A stretch of DNA of 33,848 nucleotides. Origin: Hanamia sp. Its GTDB lineage: Bacteria > Bacteroidota > Bacteroidia > Chitinophagales > Chitinophagaceae. Every line of letters starts with the position of its first letter. The stretch's first letter is position 1. A model generated the notes under the pieces. The model was not told the DNA's origin. It did no database searches and saw only the letters and a list, made by a program, of their open reading frames with translations. The stretch covers positions 1 to 33,848 of the forward strand of contig DATILZ010000239.1 in assembly GCA_035475995.1 (NCBI GenBank), in the 5' to 3' direction. Shown here piece by piece: positions 1 through 7,981 of this stretch. Position numbers and translations under genes: made by a program.

Positions 1-1226
1 AATTTTTTTTCGAACACCACTTTTGCATTTGCATATTGGCCTTTATTTATCAAACCAAAATTTTTATAAGCATATAATGGCTGGTCTGTTAATTCCTGCT
101 TTTCATTGTCATCATTCTGCAGTTCGTTTCTTATTTTATCCTTATTAGTGCTGTAAGATGCCCCTACATTCACTTTCCAGCCTTGGCCAAAATATTCTTT
201 CCAGGATAAATTGTGATACATGTTTAAGTTGTTCAGGCCAAAAGCATCTTTCAGATTTAATGAATCCACATCCTGGTTTCTAAAGCCTACATCAGTAGAA
301 CTTAAATAACCATAATATTTCAACATTCCTGTAGAAGAAGTTTTTATCCTGTAATTTATATCGGCTTCATGAGTTTGTGGCACACGGAAATAGTCAAATC
401 TTTGTTTGGTAATAGCAAAAGCGAGTGCAAGATTTGCATAAGCATAGGTAACTCCCCATGATGATTTTTTATTTTTAGAAAGCTTTTGAATTCCGGCATT
501 CGCAGCAAGATATGAAATACCAAAACTTGCAGAAGTTTTTTCAGGAAGATCTATAGATTCTAACAAAAGGACAGAAGAAAGCGCTTGTCCATATAAGGCG
601 GAATATGCGCCCGAACTGAAAATGGTCCCTTTAAATAAAAACGGATTGAATCTTCCGCGGGTAGCTTGTCCGGGTTCGCTGCTATAATAAAAATTATTTA
701 CGAGCGTGCCATCGATGTAATATTTTGTTTCATCTGCTGTGCCTCCTCTTACAAACAATCCTTCACTTTCGCCAACTTGTTGTGTGCCCGGCAAAGTTTT
801 TAATGCTGAAGTAATATCACCATTTGCGCTTGCGGTTGTTACGATGTCAATGGGGTTTAATGCGGTTGCTCTTTTTGCGTCGCTTGCCTCAAAGGTTCCT
901 GCGCTTATTACGACTGCTTTTAATTCGGTAATAGATTCTTTTAGTTCGAAGTTTACAATTATCGGTTGAGAACCGATATTTATTTCTTGTTCAAAATCTT
1001 TATAGCCAGTTGAAGTTGCTTTTAAAATTTGTTTACCTTTTTCTGAAGTAGTAAATGAAAAATCTCCCGCAGAATCTGTCGTTGCTCCATCATAAGAATC
1101 AACGATGCTGATACTAATTCCTGCCAGCGGTTTTCTTTTTGTGTTTGTTACTTTACCAGTGATTTTTATCTGTGCAATCGCATAAAAATTTATTAAAAGT
1201 AATGGGAGAAAAATTAACTTATACAT
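1..1226 (-). CDS. TonB-dependent outer-membrane receptor, N-terminal part (runs off the left edge)
   Basis: Not in the ORF track because it is truncated. Manual translation from ATG at 1226: signal peptide MYKLIFLPLLLINFYAIAQ, then a CarboxypepD_reg-like domain (IKITGKVTN...DGATTDSAGDFSF), LKAVVISAG, and plug motifs (LKTLPG, LFVRGG, YYIDG, FSSGAYSALYGQALSSVL). Confidence 0.85.
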   Translation of the reverse strand, partial: MYKLIFLPLLLINFYAIAQIKITGKVTNTKRKPLAGISISIVDSYDGATTDSAGDFSFTTSEKGKQILKATSTGYKDFEQEINIGSQPIIVNFELKESITELKAVVISAGTFEASDAKRATALNPIDIVTTASANGDITSALKTLPGTQQVGESEGLFVRGGTADETKYYIDGTLVNNFYYSSEPGQATRGRFNPFLFKGTIFSSGAYSALYGQALSSVLLLESIDLPEKTSASFGISYLAANAGIQKLSKNKKSSWGVTYAYANLALAFAITKQRFDYFRVPQTHEADINYRIKTSSTGMLKYYGYLSSTDVGFRNQDVDSLNLKDAFGLNNLNMYHNLSWKEYFGQGWKVNVGASYSTNKDKIRNELQNDDNEKQELTDQPLYAYKNFGLINKGQYANAKVVFEKK

Positions 1227-1241
1227 TTTATAAATTTGGCA

Positions 1242-1249
1242 CAAATCTA
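1242..1249 (-). promoter_or_regulatory. Bacteroidota sigmaA -7 element (TAGATTTG) for the TonB receptor
   Basis: Exact TAnnTTTG match 15 nt upstream of the ATG. Confidence 0.6.
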
Positions 1250-1350
1250 AAGTTATTTATAATATAAACCAAATTTTAAAAAAATATTTTTCTGAAAAAC
1301 GCAGTAAATTCTCTTTTTACTATTCTTACTCATTGATAACTAGCCTATTA

Positions 1351-1358
1351 TAAATTTG
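1351..1358 (+). promoter_or_regulatory. -7 element (TAAATTTG) of a candidate small transcript
   Basis: Exact TAnnTTTG match, followed about 120 nt later by a terminator-like hairpin. Confidence 0.45.
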
Positions 1359-1479
1359 AAGTTGAAATGGTACTTATATGTGAAAGGATAGAAAATTTAT
1401 TCACATCCACGAAAATTAATTTGTTTATCTGTACGCAATTTGTAATTTAGCAATAGAATTTAATGGGTTAGTAAGTACA

Positions 1480-1513
1480 AAGAGCTGGTAGCAATACTGG
1501 CTCTTTTACTTTT
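1480..1513 (+). terminator. Intrinsic terminator-like hairpin
   Basis: AAGAGCTGGTA-GCAA-TACTGGCTCTT: 11-bp stem with two G.U pairs and a GNRA loop, followed by TTACTTTT. Confidence 0.65.
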
Positions 1514-1671
1514 ATATTGATTTTGTAAAATGCAAAGCTTTTTTAGCAACTGATGGATTAAAAGGGTTGTTACTATTTGCACATTTAAATAGAAGTAAAA
1601 TTATTTGTAAATCTTTTGCAGTAAAAAGATAAATATGGTAGATTCTTGTTTTCGTTTTTGCATTTTTGAAT

Positions 1672-1741
1672 CAGCAAATTAGCACATTTCAAATTCTTAC
1701 ATTTGCAAGCAACATATTGGCAAATGAGCACATCAGCAAAT
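1672..1741 (+). repeat. Degenerate 8-bp tandem units (nnGCAmAT) around the radA promoter
   Basis: CAGCAAAT-TAGCACAT at 1672-1687 and TGGCAAAT-GAGCACAT-CAGCAAAT at 1718-1741. Confidence 0.55.
1698..1705 (+). promoter_or_regulatory. -7 element (TACATTTG) for radA
   Basis: Exact TAnnTTTG match 43 nt upstream of the ATG. Confidence 0.6.
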
Positions 1742-1748
1742 TAATTAA

Positions 1749-3125
1749 ATGAATAAAACAAAGACTGCTTTTTTTTGCAGCAACTGCGGGCAGGAAAGTA
1801 CCAAGTGGGTTGGCAAATGTCCTTCATGCAATGAGTGGAATACTTTTGTGGAAGAAGTAATTATAAAGGGAAATGAAAAACCTGCTGAAAGTGAGTGGAA
1901 AGAATTTTCAGGATTAAGCGGAGGATTAAAAACAATTTCACTACAAGACGTAACAAGCGGAGAGGAAAAAAGAATTGTTACTGAAGATGCAGAACTCAAT
2001 CGCGTGCTCGGCGGCGGAATTGTTTTGGGAAGTATTGTATTGATAGCGGGCGAGCCCGGCATTGGAAAATCAACACTTTTTTTGCAGGCAACTTTGCAAT
2101 TAAAAAATATTGTTACCTTATATATTAGCGGTGAAGAAAGTGAACAGCAAATAAAAATGCGCGCCGATAGGATTCAAATTAAAAATGAGAATTTTTTTCT
2201 TCTTACAGAAACGAATACACAAACGATTTTTAAAGAAATAAAAAAACTGAAACCGCAACTGGTAATTGTTGATTCTATTCAAACTTTGCAATCGCCTTAC
2301 ATAGAATCTGCGCCGGGAAGTGTTTCACAAATAAGGGAAAGCGCAGCCGAACTTCAACGCTTTGCAAAAGAAAGCAATACGCCGGTTTTTTTAATCGGGC
2401 ATATTACCAAAGACGGAAATATCGCAGGGCCAAAAATCCTCGAGCACATGGTTGATACGGTTTTGCAATTTGAAGGCGACCGTCATTATGCGTACCGCAT
2501 TTTACGAACTTTAAAAAACCGCTTTGGCTCTACATCCGAACTGGGAATTTATGAAATGACTAATGAAGGGATGAAAGAAGTTACGAATCCTTCAGAGATT
2601 TTAATTACACAAAAAGAAGAACAATTAAGCGGGGTTGCCATTGCTGCTACGATGGAAGGAATTCGTCCGTTGCTGATAGAAGTGCAGGCGTTGGTTACAC
2701 AAAGTGTGTATGGAACGCCGCAAAGAACAAATACCGGTTTTGATTTGAGAAGATTGCAATTGCTGCTGGCTGTTTTGGAAAAGCGTGGCGGTTTTCATTT
2801 TGGCGTAAAAGATGTTTTTATCAATATTGCCGGCGGATTAAAAGTAGAAGATCCTTCTATTGACCTGGCAGTTCTTAGTGCGTTGCTTTCTTCTTATGAA
2901 GATACGCCGTTGCCGATGCAAGTTTGTTTTTCCGGAGAAGTAGGATTGAGTGGCGAAATAAGAGCGGTAAACCGTATTGAACAAAGAATTGCCGAAGCCC
3001 AGAAATTAGGTTTTGAAAAAATAATTGTAAGCAAATACAATACAAAAGGTTTGGGGAAAAATAAATTTAATATTGAAGTAGTTCCCTTGGGGAAAGTGGA
3101 AGAGTTGTACAGATATTTGTTTTAG
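1749..3125 (+). CDS. radA: DNA repair protein RadA/Sms
   Basis: N-terminal C4 zinc finger (CSNC...CPSC), Walker A GEPGIGKS, KNRFG motif, Lon-like C-terminal domain; 458 aa. Confidence 0.98.
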   Translation: MNKTKTAFFCSNCGQESTKWVGKCPSCNEWNTFVEEVIIKGNEKPAESEWKEFSGLSGGLKTISLQDVTSGEEKRIVTEDAELNRVLGGGIVLGSIVLIAGEPGIGKSTLFLQATLQLKNIVTLYISGEESEQQIKMRADRIQIKNENFFLLTETNTQTIFKEIKKLKPQLVIVDSIQTLQSPYIESAPGSVSQIRESAAELQRFAKESNTPVFLIGHITKDGNIAGPKILEHMVDTVLQFEGDRHYAYRILRTLKNRFGSTSELGIYEMTNEGMKEVTNPSEILITQKEEQLSGVAIAATMEGIRPLLIEVQALVTQSVYGTPQRTNTGFDLRRLQLLLAVLEKRGGFHFGVKDVFINIAGGLKVEDPSIDLAVLSALLSSYEDTPLPMQVCFSGEVGLSGEIRAVNRIEQRIAEAQKLGFEKIIVSKYNTKGLGKNKFNIEVVPLGKVEELYRYLF

Positions 3126-3155
3126 ACTAGCTTTTGCTTTAACACTTTTCAAATA

Positions 3156-3482
3156 ATGAAAACTCAAACTCAACAATCCATTCCTGATAAAATAATATCT
3201 GCTGCCAATTCAATTGAGCAAATCCCAAAAGAAAAAACAAGGGAAAAATTAATTGCTTTAATAAATGAATTAATCAATAAAGATTTTCAGTCGCTTATTC
3301 AATTGCTTTATCGCATTGATGTAAATGAAAAGAAGATCCGGGTTTATTTAGATGCAAATGCAGACAAAGATTCAGCAACTGTTTTAGCAGATTTAATTAT
3401 TGAAAGGCAACTGCAAAAAATAGAAAGCAGGAAAAAATTCAATGAGAAAAATAATGCCGAAGATGATGAGGAAAAATGGTAA
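3156..3482 (+). CDS. Hypothetical protein (small helical protein, LLYRIDV motif)
   Basis: 108-aa ORF 30 bp after radA with an A-rich start context; probably co-transcribed. Confidence 0.8.
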   Translation: MKTQTQQSIPDKIISAANSIEQIPKEKTREKLIALINELINKDFQSLIQLLYRIDVNEKKIRVYLDANADKDSATVLADLIIERQLQKIESRKKFNEKNNAEDDEEKW

Positions 3483-4148
3483 TTATGTTTTTTGATACAT
3501 CAGCTTCTGTACTTCTTCTTTATTTTCTTTTTCCTTATTCAGATCGAAAGAGGTTCCAAAAATCCGGTCCCACATGTGCGTGCTTACTCCAAATCCTTTG
3601 TTTTCACTTTTATAATGATGCAAATGATGATTACGCCAGATCGGCTTCATCCATTTGAATGGAGGATTCCATGCATGAATGGCATAATGCATACTTCCAT
3701 AAAGAAGATAACCTAATATAAAACCGGGAAAAAAGGCAAAAGTATTGGCGCGCAGTGCAGCATACATTAAAAGAAATACAATTGAGGCGAGGATAAGGCT
3801 GGGAACCGGTGGCATAAACAAGCGCTGTTTATCTCTTGGAAATTCATGATGGTTTCCATGCAAAACGTAACTGATCCTTTGAATCCGTGGATTTTCACTT
3901 GTCCAATGAAAAACAAACCGGTGCATCATGTATTCAAAAAACGTCCAGAAAAACGTGCCCGCTAAAAACAGAACTGTAATTAGCAAAGAGGAGTAGCCAA
4001 ATTTGTGGGCGCTGTAATAAGGTAAAAGTATGATTACCGGTAGATATAATCCCCAGATAACCAGGGGATGTGTTTTAGTAAAGTATTCTAAGTATTGGCT
4101 TCTGAATATTTGCGCCTGACCTTTATTGTGAATTTTCTCAAATTTCAT
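3483..4148 (-). CDS. Fatty acid hydroxylase / sterol desaturase family protein (FA2H/Scs7-like)
   Basis: His boxes HRFVFH, HGNHH, HYAIH and HHLHH, C-terminal FGVS..WD..FGT, hydrophobic segments. Confidence 0.92.
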   Translation of the reverse strand: MKFEKIHNKGQAQIFRSQYLEYFTKTHPLVIWGLYLPVIILLPYYSAHKFGYSSLLITVLFLAGTFFWTFFEYMMHRFVFHWTSENPRIQRISYVLHGNHHEFPRDKQRLFMPPVPSLILASIVFLLMYAALRANTFAFFPGFILGYLLYGSMHYAIHAWNPPFKWMKPIWRNHHLHHYKSENKGFGVSTHMWDRIFGTSFDLNKEKENKEEVQKLMYQKT

Positions 4149-4166
4149 ACGCTTACATTTCTATTG

Positions 4167-4174
4167 CAAAAGTA
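4167..4174 (-). promoter_or_regulatory. -7 element (TACTTTTG) for the hydroxylase gene
   Basis: Exact TAnnTTTG match 18 nt upstream of the ATG. Confidence 0.6.
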
Positions 4175-4335
4175 AGACGAAAAACGTTCCAACTTTTTTC
4201 GTTGAATATTCTGAATTGAAAAAAGACATGCATATAAAAAAACTGAGGAAATTATACATCATTTTTGGGTAAATTTCACAGCTATTTTATACTGTTCAAA
4301 TATTCTATCTTGCAAGCCAATTAAATTTTATTTGA

Positions 4336-5346
4336 ATGAAATTAGTTTCTTATTTAAAAGAAGAACAGGAGCAATTAGCGCTGTTGGTAAATGGATTTTT
4401 GTTTGATACTGATAACTTAAATCCGAATTTACCTGTAACGATAACGATGTTTTTAAACTACTGGGAAGATGCTTTTCCGATTGCGCATTCTATTAATCGT
4501 CAATTGGTAGAAGGAACAAGTCGTTATCGTGCAATACCTTTAGATGAAGTAGAATTAATTGCGCCGGTTACAAATCCTACCAGTTGCAGGGATGCTTATG
4601 CTTTTCGTCAACATGTGGCTACCGCCAGGAAAAACCGAAATGCACCAATGATTCCTGAATTTGACCAGTTCCCCGTTTTTTATTTTACAAATCACAACAG
4701 TATTACCGGTCCGGGAAAAATAATTTGCATGCCTGATCATTTTAATAAACTTGATTTTGAGCTGGAAGCAGCCATCGTTATCTGCAAGCCAGGAAGAAAT
4801 ATAAAAGCTTCAGAAGCGGATGAATATATTGGTGGTTATATGATCATGAATGATTTTAGTGCCCGCACTTTACAAATGGAAGAAATGAAATTAAATCTGG
4901 GCCCGGCCAAAGGGAAAGATTTTGCTACCGCAATAGGCCCGTGGCTGGTTACTGCTGATGAATTGGAAGAATTTAAAATTGCGCCAAAAGAAAATCACAC
5001 AGGAAATGCTTACAATTTAAAAATGAAATGTAGTGTGAATGGTGTGCAGGTAAGCGAAGGAAACTTTGCAGACATGGATTGGACTTTCGCCGAAATTATT
5101 GAGCGCTGCAGTTATGGGGTGCAATTATATCCCGGCGATATTATTGGCAGCGGCACTGTTGGAACAGGTTGTTTTTTAGAATTGAACGGAACCTGTAAAC
5201 TAAACGACCCGGATTATGAAGAACAATGGCTACAGGCAGGCGACGAGATTGAAATGGAAATTGAAGGGCTGGGAATATTAAAAAATACTATTCAAAAAGA
5301 CGAAAGTGATTTTTCTATTTTGGATTTGAAGAAGAATAATTTCTGA
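4336..5346 (+). CDS. Fumarylacetoacetate hydrolase family protein
   Basis: RDAYAFRQH, LDFELE, MNDFSAR, KGKDFAT.IGP and PGDIIGSGT motifs. Confidence 0.92.
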   Translation: MKLVSYLKEEQEQLALLVNGFLFDTDNLNPNLPVTITMFLNYWEDAFPIAHSINRQLVEGTSRYRAIPLDEVELIAPVTNPTSCRDAYAFRQHVATARKNRNAPMIPEFDQFPVFYFTNHNSITGPGKIICMPDHFNKLDFELEAAIVICKPGRNIKASEADEYIGGYMIMNDFSARTLQMEEMKLNLGPAKGKDFATAIGPWLVTADELEEFKIAPKENHTGNAYNLKMKCSVNGVQVSEGNFADMDWTFAEIIERCSYGVQLYPGDIIGSGTVGTGCFLELNGTCKLNDPDYEEQWLQAGDEIEMEIEGLGILKNTIQKDESDFSILDLKKNNF

Positions 5347-5449
5347 CTTCATTATTTGCAGTAAACAAAGAAATATAGGGCTTTCTTATTTTGATAAGAT
5401 TACTGAAAAGCTTTTCAAAGGATTTCATTTTCCGACCCATAAGTAAGAA

Positions 5450-5497
5450 ATACGATCACAATTTGCCATCTTTGAGGTTGGAATTTGCAACCTCAAA
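5450..5497. repeat. Two non-coding copies of the ORF6N palindromic cassette
   Basis: ATACGATCACAATTTGCCATC (5450-5470, decayed right arm) directly followed by TTTGAGGTTG-GAATTTG-CAACCTCAAA (5471-5497, perfect 10-bp arms). Confidence 0.7.
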
Positions 5498-5553
5498 AGC
5501 AAGAAGAAAATTTGCGAATTAAAAAAACTAAATTGATGCGATAAAACTAAATT

Positions 5554-6108
5554 ATGCAAATAATACAAACGATTCAGAATAGGATCTATGAAATCAGAAA
5601 TGAAAGGGTAATGATAGACAGGGATTTGGCAGCCTTATATGAAGTAGAAACAAGAGTATTAAATCAATCAATAAAGCGAAATATCAAGCGATTTCCGAAG
5701 GATTTTATGTTCAAACTTTCCAAGGATGAGTTTGAAAGCTTAAGGTTTCAAATTGATAAGTTAGAAAAGCCGATGTCATCACAAAATGTGATGACATATC
5801 CAAACCGTCGTCCCAATGCTGCTTTACCTTATGCTTTTACAGAGCAGGGCGTAGCCATGCTCAGTGGCATTTTAAATTCTGAAAAAGCGATTAGTATGAA
5901 TATCGCCATCATGAGAGCATTTGTAGAAATAAGAAGAATTATTGTAAAAGAAAATAACCTGGCAGAACAAATAAAACAAATCAAAAATCAATTAGGCGAA
6001 CATGATGTTCAACTTAGCGAAATTTATGATGCCATCGAGAACTTACTGGATGAAAAAGCAGGACAGAGAAAATGGAATGAACGTCAGAGAATTGGATTTA
6101 GAAAATAA
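5554..6108 (+). CDS. ORF6N domain (KilA-N-like) DNA-binding protein
   Basis: IRNERVMIDRDLAALYEVETRVLNQSIKRNIKRFPKDFMF and PYAFTEQGVAMLSGILNS motifs, with a C-terminal coiled coil ending IGF. Confidence 0.92.
   Translation: MQIIQTIQNRIYEIRNERVMIDRDLAALYEVETRVLNQSIKRNIKRFPKDFMFKLSKDEFESLRFQIDKLEKPMSSQNVMTYPNRRPNAALPYAFTEQGVAMLSGILNSEKAISMNIAIMRAFVEIRRIIVKENNLAEQIKQIKNQLGEHDVQLSEIYDAIENLLDEKAGQRKWNERQRIGFRK
5773..5797. repeat. Perfect palindrome inside the ORF6N CDS
   Basis: ATGTCATCACA-AAA-TGTGATGACAT, 11-bp arms, encoding MSSQNVMT. Confidence 0.85.
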
Positions 6109-6111
6109 ATG

Positions 6112-7008
6112 TTAACGATGTTGTTCATAAAAATTTACCGGAACCGATTCTTTTAAAATCTTCATTTCTTCTTCTGTTAATGGCTCGGAATCTACGGCTC
6201 CAACTGCATCTTTCAACTGTTCCATTGTTCTGATTCCAACAACCGCAGCAGTAACCGCAGGATTTTTTAGAACATATTGAACAGCGGTTTGGGTACTACT
6301 CCTTTCATTTGAAGAAACAGAATTTATAGCTTTTGCCGCAGCTGCTACCTGAGCTTCATTGTAATTCAAATATGCTTTTGCCGGTTTATTGATCAGCAAA
6401 CCAGATGCAACGCTGCCTCTTACCAAAACGCCGATATTATTTTCATGTAATAATTGTAAGGTGCTTTCTTCCGGCCGGCGATCCAGTAAACTATACTGTG
6501 TCATCACACTTACAATATTTGATTTTTTTATAAATTCCCTGATCACATTTGGCCGGATTGATGAAAGCCCATAATAGCGGATCTTTCCTTGTTTGAGCAG
6601 GATTTCATAAGCTTCGATTGTTTCATCAATATCATCTTCGATTGTTCCTCCATGTGATTGAAAGAGATCAATGCAATCAACTTGCAATCTTTTCAAGCTT
6701 TCATCGGCGCATTTTAAAATATAATCTTTTCGAGGATTCCAATCCCATCCGCTGCCATCGGCGCGCCATTGGTTCCCAGCTTTTGTCGCGATTATTACTT
6801 TATCTCTTTTTCCTTTGAAAGCCCTGCCCAATAACGTTTCATTTAATCCTTTATCGTATAAATCTGCCGTGTCAAAATAATTAATTCCATTATCAATTGC
6901 CGCGTCTATAATTTCATTGAAATCTTTTTGATCTGTCTTTAAAGACATGCACCCAAAGCCGATTTTACTGATATTAAGAGAAGATTTTCCGAGAATTTGA
7001 AATTTCAT
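6112..7008 (-). CDS. Aldo/keto reductase
   Basis: IGFGCM, FDTADLY, IATK, SLKRLQVDCIDL and GKIRYYGLS motifs. Confidence 0.95.
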   Translation of the reverse strand: MKFQILGKSSLNISKIGFGCMSLKTDQKDFNEIIDAAIDNGINYFDTADLYDKGLNETLLGRAFKGKRDKVIIATKAGNQWRADGSGWDWNPRKDYILKCADESLKRLQVDCIDLFQSHGGTIEDDIDETIEAYEILLKQGKIRYYGLSSIRPNVIREFIKKSNIVSVMTQYSLLDRRPEESTLQLLHENNIGVLVRGSVASGLLINKPAKAYLNYNEAQVAAAAKAINSVSSNERSSTQTAVQYVLKNPAVTAAVVGIRTMEQLKDAVGAVDSEPLTEEEMKILKESVPVNFYEQHR

Positions 7009-7012
7009 TCCT

Positions 7013-7020
7013 CAAAGTTA
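7013..7020 (-). promoter_or_regulatory. -7 element (TAACTTTG), 4 nt before the AKR start codon
   Basis: Minus strand reads TAACTTTG-AGGA-ATG. Confidence 0.6.
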
Positions 7021-7104
7021 CCCTTTTAATAAAAACAACTCTTTTGCCGGGAATTGCGAAAACAGGAAATCTTATTATTTGTGCGTTTACTGAAATACAA
7101 AATT

Positions 7105-7851
7105 TTATGACTGCCTGTCCACAAATACAATTTGGTCTTCTTTCAAAAGTGGCAATCCTTTAAACCTTAAGATCACATTTGCCACTGTGGCTACATCTTT
7201 TTCGCAATAAACAGAGATGCGTTCAAGGTTTTTTTCTTTCCAATACACATCTCCTACCTGGCTGCCATCAATATCATCTTTCGGTGATGGGACACCAAGA
7301 ACAGCCGCCAGCAATTTTAAAGAAGTATAATGTTTGTAATCGCCAAAACGCCAAAGATGCAATGTATCCAGCACAGGTGTTTCCCATGGTTTCATATTTT
7401 GAAAATCAATGTAAGACGGAATAGGAATATTATTGATGAGCATTCTTCTGCACAAAAAAGGAACGTCAAATTCTTTGATATTATGTCCTGTAAAAATCCA
7501 GTTTTGATTATTGGTATGCAATTGTTTCAGCGTTGCAACAAATTTATTCAAAAGTTCTTTTTCATTTTCAGAACACAAAGACTTTATCCTGAATTGCCAT
7601 TCTGTACCATTCAGATCGTTATTTTCTTTTTTGAAATAACCAAAACTGATACACGCGACTTTTGCAAATTCTGCAAGGATAGCGGCACGCATTGGATAAT
7701 ATTCTTCAGCAGTAGTATTTGGCGGAAGCGCTTTGCTTATTTTTTCTGTCCATAATTCTTTCCAATCTTCATCCAATAAATGAAAATGTTCTTTTTCAGA
7801 TACCGTTTCGATATCTATTACAAATAAATTTTCGATGGCTATTTGGTTCAT
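7105..7851 (-). CDS. Stand-alone PolB-like 3'-5' exonuclease (DEDD / RNase H-like fold)
   Basis: ExoI DIET, ExoII GHNIKEFD, ExoIII YCEKDV. Confidence 0.9.
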   Translation of the reverse strand: MNQIAIENLFVIDIETVSEKEHFHLLDEDWKELWTEKISKALPPNTTAEEYYPMRAAILAEFAKVACISFGYFKKENNDLNGTEWQFRIKSLCSENEKELLNKFVATLKQLHTNNQNWIFTGHNIKEFDVPFLCRRMLINNIPIPSYIDFQNMKPWETPVLDTLHLWRFGDYKHYTSLKLLAAVLGVPSPKDDIDGSQVGDVYWKEKNLERISVYCEKDVATVANVILRFKGLPLLKEDQIVFVDRQS

Positions 7852-7925
7852 GTTTTTGTTTGGTAAAATGAAGTGATTATTAAAGATAATTAAAGCAGAA
7901 CAAATATTGATGCTATTATTTTTCT

Positions 7926-7955
7926 AAAAAAAAACCCGGTTCTATCGAAACCGGG
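7926..7955 (-). terminator. Intrinsic terminator after DUF2723
   Basis: Minus strand CCCGGTT-TCGATAG-AACCGGG followed by T9, about 26 nt after the stop. Confidence 0.85.
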
Positions 7956-7981
7956 ATTAAGTAAAAAATAATTAAAAGGTT

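Noticed and set aside
739-969. 76-aa plus-strand ORF
   Set aside because: Antisense to the TonB-dependent receptor reading frame.
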